Origin: Lama glama
Taxonomy: Eukaryota
Length of the DNA: 64,000 bases
Assembly (NCBI GenBank): GCA_028534125.1
Contig: CM052851.1
Span: 1,922,001-1,986,000 of the forward strand
Reading direction: 5' to 3'
Made by a program: the position numbers and the translations under genes
Notes under the pieces: generated by a model
What the model saw: only the letters and a program-made list of their open reading frames with translations
The model's database searches: none
Told to the model about the DNA's origin: nothing
In this document: piece after piece, positions 50,403-63,818 of the stretch
Position numbering within the stretch: the stretch's first letter is position 1
Layout: each line of letters begins with the position of its first letter

Positions 50403-53400
50403 GCAAGGCACCTGCGAGATGCCCACCCTCCAGCAGCAGCCCCACTGGCTGCCTGGGTTCCCTGTCCCTGGCTTTAGAAATCAGCTCCCAGCATCTGGGG
50501 CCTTGTGTCTGAAGACACAACCCCCACCCTGGACCACAGGCTTCTGGAGGCTTCCCAAAAGCCGGGAGCGAAGGTGGTTTCCATGTCACACGGATGCCTG
50601 GAAAGTGGGAACACACTCCCATCTCTCCCCTCAGGATACTTTCATCTGACAAACACCCAAGCTTTGCTGACACCAGAGCCTAGTATTGGAGACTCTTGTT
50701 CCGTGGACACAGTCCTTCCTGACTATCCCCCGACGGCAGAAGCACTAGCAAATGGATCTCCACTGGGCCAGTCCCTCCTTAGCCAGGAGGGTCCCTGCTC
50801 TTCACAGGCTGAGGCCCCTTGTGCCCTTGGCTTGAGGTCACAGCCAGTCCTCTGTCCATCTGCACCCTCCACACTGTCCACCAGCACACTGGTGAGCTCT
50901 GCTGCTCTGCAGCCTTCTGTAGCTCCCTGCTGCCACTGGTGAACCCAGAACGGGGCAGGCGGGCCAGGCGCCAGTGGTTTGTTTAGAAGTCCCCAGATGA
51001 TTCTAAGTATTACCAGGGCCGGGAAGCACTGGCCAGCTCATGGCTTTCTTTTCCCCGCCATCGTCACACTGACCCCAGTGAGCTCTGAGAACATGCACAT
51101 CTGTCAACAGCCCCTCTGCACAGGTCCCTAGCCTGGCTCTGCCTCCAGCCATGGGGAGCTCAGGGGGTTACCCTCCCGGGGCGGCCCTGCCCTTGGATCC
51201 TGCTCCTTGGCCACCTCAGCCTCATTGACCACCCCAAGACTGAGCTCAGGAGGATGGGCACCTGATCTTGCTTCCCACCCGGAGAGTGTTCCTCATCTCG
51301 GCGCCACAGAATAGTGGCAATGCCTTGGCCTGGCGATGCCTCGCGTGGACACCATGGTCCCATCCCCAGAGGAGGAAATGGGAACGTGGGCTGCATGACC
51401 CCTCCAGACCCCCCCAACACCCAGCGCTCAGAAATGGCTGGACCACATCCAACCTTCCCCTCACCTCTTGGAGGCTCTGCTGGATGAATAACCCCTGGGG
51501 CTGGTAGAAGAGGGGGAGCACCATGCCCCGGAAGCACTCCCAAGATCCCCTAACAGGGCAGCGGCACCCAGGTCATGATGCACTAATGAAACAGACACGT
51601 GGAGACGTGAAGGAGGAAGCAGATCTCCTGGTGTATTGGCATCAGAAATACCCACCATGTAGTCCGTGCGAGGAGAGAGCCGCACAACGCGGTGTATCTG
51701 TAAGCTCACACCCTCGGGAGGAAGGAGTCCGGGGGGCTGTTCCCCAGCTGTTACAGGCTCTCTGAGACGGCCTTAAAGGGACGCTAGGTTCCTACTTTGT
51801 AAGGGTCATTTTCTGCATGATTTGATTTCTTAAGTAGTGAACTATGACTTTGTCTAACAGAAGCATGAAAGACTTCTCCTTGGGGAGAAGCAGAAAGACA
51901 ATTCTGGCTCTTAGAACTGGAAAGAGTCTTCCTGCACACAAAAGAAACGCTTTTTACGGTGACTTAATATTTTACAAGTTAAAAAAAAGTTTCTGCCTCA
52001 TCTTGTTCCAGAAGATTCTGCAGCAGCTTGTGAGGGTGCAAAGGCCAAATGCAGGGGGCCAGCGAGGACGCTCTGACCAGGTGGCCCCAGTCCGCCCCGT
52101 CCAGTCACCCTGGCAGAGGCCAGCCGCCCGCACACCGGTCCCCTGCAGCAGCGGGGCTGGGCTCCTGTCCGCACTAAAGATGACAGTGTTTCCTGGCGGC
52201 ATGTTTTAAAGAGCACTTGCTTGTGGGCAGTTTCGAACACAGGTGGGCAGACAGGATGACCTCGGAAAGACACCGGTCACTGAGGTGTGACCGTGAGTAC
52301 CTGCGTGATTTGTTTCATCAGTTCCCTTGGTTGAAGGACATTGAATTACAGGCCTCACATCACTTTGTCCCAAACTCAGGACATATGTGGACACAACTGC
52401 CTGATCACACTGACGAAATGAACAAAAATTCCTTAGCTTCACACCACACCCAGGCCATGTGCTGATTTCCCTAAACGTCTTTGTGGCCACTTTGCTCAGA
52501 CCAATCGCGGTTCATACACGGGATGTGGTGGTTTTCTTTCTCGTGTCTCTCTTGTCTCGTCCGTCTGATCCTCCCCCCAGACAGGACTTCGTGAAGGTGC
52601 CAGCTTAGGGGTCCCGAGGAGGGCCTTGCCTTCTAGATGGCTCCATTTGCTCCTCGCAGCGTCCTCTGCCTGTGCCTCCACCCCCAGTACGTCCTGTGAA
52701 CAGGAAGGGAAATGGACAGCCTCCTCCTTTCAGTGGGGCCCCTGAGCAGAGGCCTGGGCGTCACCCCAGGGGCTGGGGGACATGCAGGCCCCCCGGCCCC
52801 ACCCAGACCCCAGTCACAGACCGCGTGGTAAGGAGGTCCCGGCGGTGCCAGTCTAAAGGCTTCATTCAACACTGACTGCAGGTTTCTGGTGGAAAGACTT
52901 CCCTGTGCAGGTGATGCTGGGGGCTCCCCACAGGGGACACCTCATGCTCACGGCCCCTCTTTGGGGGATGCTGACACTGCGTACTGGTGGGGGAGGTGGG
53001 TACAGGAAGAGCTCAGCATTGTTAAGGTGACATGCCCACCTTTCCCAGTCCCGTGACCTACAAGCCACCCTCAAGGTGACGCTTTGGCATCGTGAGAACA
53101 GTCAGCTCCGGCCAACTTCCACCGAGGGTCTCAGCACCACCGACGGTCCTGGCCTGCGGCGGGGCTGCAGCATGGACGCTTTCTAATCGTCCTGTTTCGT
53201 CCACTTCTACCAGCTGGCACTGTTACCCCTTCGGTGGGGCAGCTGGTGGCCCTGAAATACAGTCCCTACGGAAGGAGGAGAGATGCTGAATTCTGCCGTT
53301 ATAAACAAGTTTCCAGACCAAGCGTCACCTCCACTGGTGACAAGTTATTTCTTGGCCTTTGCCTTTAAGGGTACATACATATGCCTGGATTTCACTGACT

Positions 53401-54630
53401 CCCTCTTTTCAATGCTCAGTTGTCCCAGACTTGGCCAGGGGAAGCTCCTGAGGTTCTTCACTTTGAAATAATTGGAGGTTCCCAGGAGGCTGCCATAGAG
53501 ACGTCCCTGCACCCCACCCCCCCAGGTTCCCGACAGTCACATCCTGCCCAAGGTCAGCCCAGGAGACCAGCAGCAATGCTGTCCTGTGGCCGCAGGCGGA
53601 GACTCCTGAGGCCACCACTGCAGTCGACGGCAGGCTGTCCAGAACTGTCCCACTGCCATGAAGGCACCCTTCTCCTGCTGTCCCTTCTAGTCAGCCTCCA
53701 TCTCCACCCCTGGCCTCCCTAACCTGCTTTGCAACTTTGGCATCTCGAGAAAGTCATCTCCATGGAATCTCATGATCCAATGCCCTGGAGACCCGCCAGG
53801 CTGCTGTGTGTGTTACTGGCCTGACCCCCGTGTCCCTCTGACACTCCTCAGTCTGGGGAAGCTTACCCTGGGGCGCCGGTGGCCTGTCGCCTGGTGCATC
53901 TGCTCCAGGCCTGACATCAGCCGCTTCTCCAAGGAGAGGGCTGGAACCGGGCCCCCAGTGGTGCTCGCGGTGTCCTGACCGCCCGCGTTGCTTTCTCCGG
54001 CTCCTACTTAACAGCAGTGATTTCCCTCAACTTCCTTGACGTTATCTCTGTGCCTTCCCTCTCCTTGAACTCTGCTGCTGACACAGGCGTGCAGGTCGTC
54101 TCCGCCCACGGCTCGGGCTTGAGGACACCACCACCAAGGCCCCACGGACAGCAGGGCAACTGAGCTGCGTCTGACCTGTCACTTCTGTGGCCTCAGAATA
54201 CAACCCACAAGCGATGTGCAGCGCAGTGGCAAGTCCTCAAATCAACCGAACGGGCCCTTTTCTCACCCACTTGGGTTGCAGTTTTGCGGCAGACGGCACT
54301 TTCTGAAACAGCTGTGACGCTCTGTCCAGCCCCTCGCTGCTCCCGCTGCAGGGAGGTGACTGCGGGTGGGCGCCGGGGCGGCCTCCACTCAGGGAGGACA
54401 GTGGGAGCCCCTGTGACCTCAGGGATTAGGCCCCAAAGGGCACGCGGCGCCCGTCTCCCCTGGACGCATGGAAGCCGCCGAGCTGGAGGCCACGCCAAGC
54501 AGCCCCGACTGCAAGCCTCCCACCCAGACGCCAGGCACCGGCGCGCAGCCCCTCACGGGTGGACTGCGCCCTCGGGGGCGGCCCTGACCGACAGCCGCTT
54601 AGCGGGGCCCTGGCCACGGGAACCGCCAGC

Positions 54631-55130
54631 NNNNNNNNNNNNNNNNNNNNNNNNNNNNNNNNNNNNNNNNNNNNNNNNNNNNNNNNNNNNNNNNNNNNNN
54701 NNNNNNNNNNNNNNNNNNNNNNNNNNNNNNNNNNNNNNNNNNNNNNNNNNNNNNNNNNNNNNNNNNNNNNNNNNNNNNNNNNNNNNNNNNNNNNNNNNNN
54801 NNNNNNNNNNNNNNNNNNNNNNNNNNNNNNNNNNNNNNNNNNNNNNNNNNNNNNNNNNNNNNNNNNNNNNNNNNNNNNNNNNNNNNNNNNNNNNNNNNNN
54901 NNNNNNNNNNNNNNNNNNNNNNNNNNNNNNNNNNNNNNNNNNNNNNNNNNNNNNNNNNNNNNNNNNNNNNNNNNNNNNNNNNNNNNNNNNNNNNNNNNNN
55001 NNNNNNNNNNNNNNNNNNNNNNNNNNNNNNNNNNNNNNNNNNNNNNNNNNNNNNNNNNNNNNNNNNNNNNNNNNNNNNNNNNNNNNNNNNNNNNNNNNNN
55101 NNNNNNNNNNNNNNNNNNNNNNNNNNNNNN
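54631..55130. other. Assembly gap (500 N)
   Basis: Run of exactly 500 n. Confidence 0.99.
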
Positions 55131-57239
55131 GGGTGGGTAGAACAGGACAAGCCCCTGCCGTCCCCCAGTGCCCTGCCTGGGAGCTGGACTCTACCAGCCG
55201 CCCCCACAGCGGAGACGAGCCTGGTGCAGGCAGGGCCTCCAGGCGAGCACCTATCCACAAGGGCCTCTGGGAGCCCAGCCCTGCCCTGGACCTGGTGCAG
55301 GAGCAGACACCACTCGAGACCCTCTGCAGTACGACCAATACGACGAAGTGACTAGAGACCACTGGCCAGGCTCGGTGGGCGGAGCCTCTGTCAGGCGGGG
55401 GACCAGGGCAGCACGGTGAGGGCTGACCCTGCGTGGGTCCTGGGCGCCTGGGGAGGAAGGGAGGGAGGGCCGGCTGGAGGAGACAGCATGGACGCCGGGA
55501 GCCCGCTTCCCAGCAGGCAGGCAGCATCCAGACAGGGGCCAGGGCCCCAGGGACAGAGGGAGCTTCTGGCCTGGGTGCTGAGCTTCCTGTGAGAGGCTGC
55601 CTTGGAAGGTTCTGGCTCGAGCCACTGCATGGACAGACATGAGCCACTGACAGGAAGGAGGAACAGGTCTGGGGAGTTGAAAGACAAGTTCCCTCCTGGA
55701 TGCCTTGGGTTTCAGATGCTTCCTGTCAAGTGGAGCCCTCAGGTAGGCGGCTGGACACCAGAGCATGGGCACAGGCCAGTTTGGGGCCAGAGAGAACTTG
55801 GGGGTCACAGGCACATGGGTGGCAGAGAAGCTGTGGGTCGGGGTGAGGTCACCCGGGGAGGGAATGGGAGGCCAGAGAGGCGGAAGGTGCGGCCAGTGCG
55901 TAAGGGACGCGGAGCAACGGCTCCAGAGAGCAGGGGTCAAGGGTGGGGCCACCCCAGGACGCACTTGTCACCAAGAACCCAGCCAGAGCACTGACTAGAG
56001 CAGAAGGGGCGGAGCAGGGAGAGAGGAGGAGGGGCCGCACGGAGCTCGGGAAGTGGGAAGAAACGTGCCAAGGAATTTTGCGTTTCCCCTTAGAGACAGG
56101 ATGTGCTTCTCTGGCTAGGGGAGCGAGACACTATGGGGGGGGCAGAAGGACAAACCACCAGAGTGACCAGGGCAGCCCGCTGGCCCTGGGGACGAGGCTG
56201 CAGTCCTGGGCACTTCCGCATGGAGAGCTGGTTGGAATGGGGGCCCCCAGCTGGGAAACGGGGTCACTGGAGGGAAGTGCTGTGGCGACTCCTTCCTTGA
56301 GGGCCTTGTGGCCAGTGAGGAGCCAGGCAGAGGCACGTGGCAGGAGGGCTGCCCACCTGCGCCAGAACCAAGCTGTCCGCCGTGGCTTCACCCCACCGGG
56401 GCCAGCGCGTGCAGGTGGCAGAACCCCCGGGGGAGGGGAGCAGGGGCCCTGGTGGCAGGAGGCACCGCCAGCCTCACACGCTACAGAGCCCAAGGACAGG
56501 CAAGAGCCCGCCCTGGGGACGTGACACCCGCTGGGGTGACCAGATGGGATGGAAATGGGGGGGGGGTGTAGCTGAGAAGGGCCCCAGCTCCTCGAAACCT
56601 CCCGCCTCTGAGGAGTCATCAGTCTAACTCCGCCAGACCCGCCTGGCACCCGCGCTCCTTACCCTGCCTGCCCCGGGAGCGTTCTTCCTGGTCCCTGGCC
56701 AACCCCTCTCCTGTCAGCTCTCCACCGAGTAGCTGTGAGGTCCCTTCCTGGTCCCCCTGTCCATGGGGGCTCCTCTCAAGGCCTTCCAGGCCTGCACCCC
56801 CACAAGCTGTGCCCAGCTGTCCCGACGGGTACTGTTGGGTTCCCGTCTCTCTTGTTCTACGGGACCCCGAGGTCCCTGGGAGCAGGGGCGGCTCTGATTC
56901 ACGGAGCCCCTGGCTCAGTCGGTCCCAGAGGCGGCGTAACGCCTGAGGTGCGTGAGGCGTGGGTACCGGGGACGGGTGGAGGTGTGACTGTGACCCGTTC
57001 AACCCCCTTACGCTCTGGGTGCAGTTCTTTAAGAAGACGTCCTTCCTCAGAAGCTGGGGTTTTGTTAACAGAGTTGTCAAATAGTTACCTTTCTAGTTAA
57101 TTCTTCCTTCTGACATTTATAAGTTCTGGCACTTTAGTAAGAGTATAAACACTGACTCTCAGAAGGTGAAGAAGATAAACGCCAGCGGCCTTTACGTTTC
57201 CGGGAAATACCCCGCCCAGATCATCTCTGTGTTACTCAC

Positions 57240-57307
57240 CCTCCTCTTCTCCTCTCTCTCTCGCAGTAAGGCGTCTCTGTCCACCAACTTGACCACGGTG
57301 GGCAATC
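57240..57307 (-). CDS. CARS1: CARS1 exon, (G)LPTVVKLVDRDALLREREEKRR
   Basis: 68 nt, ttttcag|GA TTG...AGG|gtgagt. Confidence 0.95.
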
Positions 57308-57894
57308 CTGAAAAGCGACAGCTGACGGATGAGGCCGAGCCTGGCCCGCCCCCCCGCCCCCAAGGCCCCCGCAGAGACGTGGGGGGGCTTTCAACTGCTC
57401 ACACAGCTCAGACCCTTAGGTCACGTGCGGGGGGCTTGCTGCTCACGACAGAAAGCCCAAAAGTTGTAAAATGAGACATGGTGCCTGCATGTTTAAAATT
57501 CAGTAATTTTCTGTGCAGCAAAAACCCTACCAGTCAAAAGACAAGCTGTGAAACTCGCAGACAATCCACATGACACAGGCCGTCTCCCAAGGGACAGGTC
57601 ATGAAAGAAGGTGGCCAGTGGCCTGACAGAAATGGGCATCAGGCAGTTAGGGGGCAGGAGTGGACGCCCGGACGCCTTTCAGAGGAGGTGCTGGGGTGAC
57701 CCACGAGAAGACACACCCACAGGCCACCCGGGACCACAGCAACACGCAGAAGTTTCAGTGTCCTCGGACCCACCCCGGGAGTTCTTCCTGTGGCCCTTGC
57801 GAAAACAACCCTCCACCCGAGTGTCCTTCCCATGTCCCTGCCCGTCACATCCAGGCTCCTTCTAACAGGCCCCCAGGAACGGCCGAGGACCCAC

Positions 57895-57975
57895 CTTCGT
57901 GGTCTTCCAACCTCACTCCGAGCTCGGGCAGGATGTCATCCCGCAGGGCATCACTGAGCTGCAGGACCTCGGGGA
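57895..57975 (-). CDS. CARS1: CARS1 exon, (V)[26 protein letters not shown]
   Basis: 81 nt, cgcag|TC...G|gtggg; CysRS anticodon-domain motif SDxLRD..LGV.LED. Confidence 0.96.
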
Positions 57976-60062
57976 CTGCGGACAGAAAAAGCGGTTCAGT
58001 CCATCGGGCACAAGGGTGCCTGGGCCTCCCTGAGCCTCTGGACAGGCCGGCGGCTCCATTCACCGCAGGAGGCGGGAGGGCCCAAGGCATGGCCACTGCA
58101 GCCCCCAGGACCCCGTGGTCTGGGTGCTGCCTCAGGGCCCTGCTCAGGGCCAGCGCTCCTGCAGACGGACACGGACTGGCCCCTGGGCTCTGCGCAGGGA
58201 CGGCCAGCTGGGCAGCAGGCCCAGGAAGCCAGGGTTCTGCTGCACAGAAGCAAGATCCCTGGTCACTTGGGAGGGTGTCCAGGAACGCCAAGCCCCAAGG
58301 TCCTGGCGCAGCAATCCTGAGAGGCAGCCGCGCCCCACAGTCCGGAACCAGGGACCCGAACCCACACCTGCTCTGAGTCTGAGCCCTGAGGTCACTTCAC
58401 GCTGCAGTCAAGCACACCTAGCCCAGGGACCCCCTGGCGAGAACGAGCACACAGCTGCAGTGAAGGGTGTGGCTCCCCAGGAAGAGACGTGTGTTTGGAA
58501 GTTGGGGTGACTCCACAGCTGCCAGTATCTCTCACCAAGAGACCCCAGCCAAGTAGGGAGTACAAAAGGGCCAGGGGCCTGGGGGATGGAGACCCACGCC
58601 CAGCCTTGGCGACTCGGTGCCTCGCGCACTGGCGCTCCTGGCCAGGCCTTGCCCCACCCGAGGCGGGTGGCCGCCCAGAGTTGGGCTAGAAGGGGCAGAA
58701 GGCCCAGGGAGCCCGGGAGGAAGTGCAGCCCTGGCTGGCCGCTGGCTTTGAAGTGACTCATCCAGGAGAGACGACACACGTGAAGCAGGCAAAGCGGGAG
58801 GGCTGAAAGGACTGCTGGTGTGGCTTCTGGGCCGGACGGTCCCCTCAGGTGTGGACACGCGTAACCACTGTGTCAGTTTCTCTGCTGGTCCCAGAGGCAA
58901 AGTCAACACCACTGACTCCCTCCTGACTTCGGGATGGTACCCAGGATGCCTGATGGCCAGATAGGCCCCGTCCTCAGGAGGATGACCGACTCAGGAGGAT
59001 GTGGCAAGGAGAGGCTAGCCCATGCACACTTGGGAACAAGGGGTACATGAGGGCTAAACCCCAAGTCCACACACTTCTCCAGACACTCCAGCTCTGTGTG
59101 TCTGACCTCAGCGTGAAGGAGCTGCAACTCTGGGGTAAGAGCCGGGCCAGGAGGCGGGCAACCTGGGTGAGGCAGTGGCCTCTTGGACCGGCGGTCCCCT
59201 CTGTGACACAGGACACAGTGCCACCCCGACCGCAGCTAGAAGGAGAGTGAGACGCTGGTGAGGAAGCAGGCCACCCACCCCTTCCCAGCCGCAATGCTCT
59301 GGGGCCCGGGGACCCAGGACAAGGACCTCTGTAGCCCACGTCCTCGGAACCCGGGTCTTAGGCCGGCTCTCCGTTTCCCAGCCCCCAGAGGCTGCTAGGC
59401 CCGATCGTCCTATCTGACCAAGCCCTCTGCTGGCCACGGCCCGCACCGAGCGTCCAGGTGGGGAGTCTATGCAGGAGAAGCTCAGGTGGCTCAGGGACAG
59501 GTGACGGCCATCTGACTCCAAAGCTCAGCAGGATCAAATCACGGAACAGACTTCTGTAAATTCCGCGCTGGGAGCAATGCTGGCTCCTCCCCAGGATGCA
59601 GCTCCTGACTGCCTTTTTTTTTGCAATAGGCTCACCCCATTCAACGTCAGGGCGTCCTGACCCCCCCCCCGGGAAGCCTGATCCCAGGGGGCTCTGCACG
59701 CTGGCCCTGCCTTCTTGAGGAACACGTGTCCCTGCAGAGGCTGTCCAGTCACCAGGTAGCCTCTGCAAAGCAGGAACGAGGACACCCCCTGCTCTCGGCC
59801 TGCAGACGCCCCTGAGAGCACAACCACATTCCCACAAACAGAAGGGCCCCCCCGCAAGATGTCGGCCCCTCACAGTGCCCTTGGGGGGCCTGGCTGCCCC
59901 GCCTGGGCCTAGGGAAGGGGAAGGGCCTGGATCTCGTGAGCAAAGGCCAGAGGAGCTGCCCACCTCCCCACACGCCAGGGGTAGGACCGGCCCGAGGTGC
60001 CCAGTGCCCACGAGCCCGCGAGGGGCCGCAGCTCCCGCACTCCCGGCCAGCGCACGGCTCAC

Positions 60063-60144
60063 CTTTGTGCTCTCGGGCAATCCTCCGCACCCCTTCCCGG
60101 AACTCCGACAGCACCTGGAGGTATGGCATGACCGTGGACTCGAG
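60063..60144 (-). CDS. CARS1: CARS1 exon, [27 protein letters not shown]
   Basis: 82 nt, cacag|CTC...AAA G|gtgag. Confidence 0.96.
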
Positions 60145-61446
60145 CTGTGGGGAGAACGTTTGTTTGCTGGGAGAGAACAGCCCCCTCATGTTCACAGAGA
60201 AGAGTCCAGACACGCGGCTGGGCAGCACCTCTGCTATGCCCAGTGCCCACAGCACGGGCCTGTCCTTCCCGGACGCTCGGCCCCTAGACGCAGGGCGCCC
60301 GCACGTGGTGAGGAAGGGACAGAGAGGGAGCCTTCCTGCCTCCCAGCAGCTGGGGCCCGGTTGCTCCCAGGGGCCACGTGGTCTCACGCAGACACACGGC
60401 TGTTAAGAGCCCGTCTTCGTGGTGACAACTGGTGTTCCCAGGAGGGATGACTTTCTGGGGTGTGACGCCGGTCGTCCTGGGCTGGGGCCTGGCCTCCAGT
60501 GGGGCTGGCACCACAGAGCCTGGGTGTGGGGGAATCTGACCCAGGGCCACACACACTCGTTTACACACCAGTAAACTGTCCCCTCGGACTGTCTGCCACC
60601 CACACGCACACTCACGTCTGCTCGACACTTAAACCACCCGCAGTGACACATGGGCGGCCATGGGACATAAAGGAAAACCCCAGAGGGAGATCCAAACTGG
60701 AGAAGTACTGATGACGGCAAGCCTTTCTGTGACATCTGTCACGTTTTCCCAGTAGGCTTTCAAGCAAGGTCTCTCCTGCCTCTTAATTAAGTCATTCGGC
60801 AGCTCAGCAACCAAACCCTAGCGAGTAAACGCAGATGCTGGGGAGGCTGCCGAGCCCTGGGCATGGCCTAGACCACGCCAGGCCCGATGCTGCACGTGGG
60901 CCGAGGCCCGGCGCACTGGGGGTGGGGCGGGGTGGACCCCGCGGTCTGCAGTCTTCACGCCCCGCACACACCCCCGCAGCTGCTGGGGAGCCTTGCTGCG
61001 GGGGGATGGGGCTCTCACCCCTGCCAGCCTCCTACCTGAGGGAGGCACCCCCAGCCGTCCGGCTGACCACACTAGCGCATGCTGCAGGCCATCCAGTGCA
61101 CGTGGCCCGAGACTTGGGAGCTGCCTCCCCTGCTCCTAAGACAATTTGGGTCTGGAAGTTAATCCACGAACTTGGAAAAGCACGACCCGCGGGTCCCGTC
61201 CCCTGGCTGAGCAGACACCCACCCCGATTCCTCGAGGCCACTCACTCCAGGGAGCTCAGGGGCGGTCCAGCACCACTGAGGGCCCCCAAGCAACTACCGG
61301 GCATTCAACATTAAATGTTTTTTTTCACGTTCAAAGGCAGACTTTCTTCTATCTAGCAGGTTTTTCTGCTTTGTTTTAGAAAAATAAACATCCAGTATCA
61401 TCACACAAAAGAACAAAGCAATCACTTTCTAAAAGCCACCAACTAA

Positions 61447-61568
61447 GGGGAGGGTATAGCTCAGTGGTAGAGCATGTGCTTGGCATGAACAAGGTCCTGG
61501 GTTCGATTCCCAAGTACCTGCATTAAAATAAATAAATAAAAACCTAAGTATCTCTTCCTCCTAAAAAT
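61447..61568 (+). mobile_element. Camelid SINE (Vic-1-like)
   Basis: GGGGAGGGTATAGCTCAGTGGTAGAGC, GGTTCGATTCC and an A-rich tail. Confidence 0.88.
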
Positions 61569-62376
61569 AAAGCAGCAAGTACCACGGCAACAGTTAGCCC
61601 TGCCGCTGAAAGGCCTGCGGAGGAGGGCGGGGCCGAGGAGGGCGGGGCCGCGGCTCTCGCTTCCTCCTGGAGCTCAGTTCCGGGGGAAACGCCCCTAAAC
61701 TCGGTCTGCAGGAGAGGGAGCTTGATGCCTCCCGTCACGGAGACACAGAACCTTTAAGAGGTTCTGCCTTTTCACTTTAGACTTGACCCCTGTCGTGTGT
61801 AAGGAATGACACGCGTGTTGTAGCCAAATCACTGAAGAGCGCTCCTGACCAGGGGAGGCGGGGAGGGCGTCCGAGATGAGCCCGAGTGCCCGTGTCGGTC
61901 ACCACGCAGCGGAGACCGCGTGTCCGACTACCGGGAGACACCGCAACTGCAGGCGGGTTCTCTCACTGCAGGGACCATCAGACAACGGGGCACCTGCGTA
62001 CAGCTGCACATGAGCTGGGAAATGAGCAGGGGGCCTCCGGGACACCCCGTGGCTGTGGCCACGGCCACGCCCTTCCTCATGGGACAGGGGCTGTGGCCGT
62101 GACTGAGGCTCACCCGAGGGCCAAGGACCGTCCCATCCAGCCTGGTCTCCTGGGGCCAAGCTCACACAGACAGCACCGCTGCCGTGAGGAAGGCTGTTAG
62201 GCCCCCAAGGCTAGCCCCCAAGGCTAGACATCACAGGGGTCCGTCCAACTCTGCTCAGTTCTCCTGTCAGGAGGGACCTAGTCCCGGCCTCAGACTGCGG
62301 GAGGGTTGACCCCTGAGGGGAGACAGAATGCGCTGACCTCACAGGGAGGCTCCAGGCCCAAGTGCGCTTTACTCAC

Positions 62377-62445
62377 GTTGAGGCTTGTTCCAGGTCCTCC
62401 GACGGGGAAACCCAGGGAGCTTTCCTCTTCTATGGCCCCAAAAAT
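62377..62445 (-). CDS. CARS1: CARS1 exon, [23 protein letters not shown]
   Basis: 69 nt, ccctag|ATT...AAC|gtgagt. Confidence 0.95.
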
Positions 62446-62866
62446 CTAGGGAAAGAAGGAAGCACGTAGGAGACGAGGTCCTGAGAGACCACAAGTGGGT
62501 CGGGTCCTCAGGACACGCTGCTGTGCCGGGAGGGGCGGGACGGCAGGGCGATGGCCTTGGCAGGTGGGAAGAGACGGAGAGCCAGGCCCGGGCTCCCCCA
62601 ACCCCCACCCACTCCAGGACCGGTCCTGGCCCCCTCCGGCCAGGGCCACTTGGTGGAAAAAGTGCTTGTGCTTTTCAAACCTCAAGATGGGAGGGGAGAA
62701 AACTGAGGCAAAGACGCGAAATCACTCCGAGCAAGGACGGGGCAGGGCTTGATCCCTAGGGCCCAGGTTTGCGGCAGGACCCGAGGATGGAGCGCAGGAC
62801 AGGGCCTGCAGAGCACCTGCACCAATGGGGGCCTTTACCAAAAAGCTGGAGGCCGGGCCTGCTCAC

Positions 62867-63056
62867 CTTCAGCATGTGGGTGAGGTAGCGGGCCACGCTC
62901 TCCAGCAGACCTCGGTTGGGCCTCCTCCTGGCAGCCTTGTGGGCCGCCACGTAGAGGTTGCACTGGCTGACCAGAGCCCGCATTTCTTCCAGGGCGGTGC
63001 GCGTGTCCACGTTGTCACAGAGCGCCCGGTGAACTGCACACTTCCTGTCGTAGAAG
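62867..63056 (-). CDS. CARS1: CARS1 exon, (S)[35 protein letters not shown]...YLTHMLK
   Basis: 190 nt, cccag|C TTC...AAG|gtgagc; DALR-region motif ALCDNVDT. Confidence 0.96.
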
Positions 63057-63247
63057 CTGGGTGGGGACAGGGAGGCGAGCATCAGGCCGGCGTCACCCCG
63101 CAGGCCCTCCCCACCGCACACGTGGCTCTTCTGCATGTGGTTTTGCACAAACAGGTGTGACGGTGCCACAGGCCGCCTCCTGGCTGTCGGGATGTGTGAC
63201 ACGAGGACGGTGTGTGAGCCCCGGAGGGGACGCAGGCCCCGTCTCAC

Positions 63248-63345
63248 CTCTCGTTCAGCTCCGTCTCTGCGTCCTCCCACTTCTCAAACTGACCGGCTAC
63301 GTCCACGGGAGCGCGGAGGAGGTCCTTCACGTTTAAGAAGAACTC
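63248..63345 (-). CDS. CARS1: CARS1 exon, [32 protein letters not shown]
   Basis: 98 nt, cgcag|GAG...AG|gtgag. Confidence 0.95.
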
Positions 63346-63818
63346 CTGCGGTGAGAAAGCTCAGCTGAGCGGCCCTCAGACCTCTCCGCCGCAGAAGCCC
63401 TCGCGCGGCGCCGTTCTGCCGACGGGCTTTTCCTTCACGTGTGGCGTGAAGCCCGCAAGGCGGCGGCGTCACACAGGCGCCAAGCAAGAACGTGAAAGAT
63501 TTTTCTTCAAGACAGAAATGCATTTCAATTTTAGTTTTAGGGAGCCCTAAAATCACTTCTACAAATACTTCACTTCAACTACTTCAAAGGGTTGGTTTCA
63601 TTAAGATTATCATTTTGGTTAGTAAGTAAGTCTAATAAATCTGCTTGTGTTTGAAAAAAAGGTTCAGCCCACAGCGGCTCTGGGTACAAGGCAGGTTGGC
63701 AGGCGTTTCAGGCAAGGGGCAGGGAGCTGGCTTCCCCACTGGAATCTGGCTGCTCTGGCCCGAGCCTGTTCTCTCTAGGGGGACGGGGGCAGGGGCCCCA
63801 GAGGTGCCCGGGACCTAC

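Noticed and set aside
52496-52710. Strong minus-strand acceptor and ORF as the CARS1 last exon
   Set aside because: The translation shows no resemblance to the CARS1 C-terminus and no poly(A) signal is evident.
54284-55647. 355 aa and 364 aa ORFs
   Set aside because: Artefacts of reading through the N gap.
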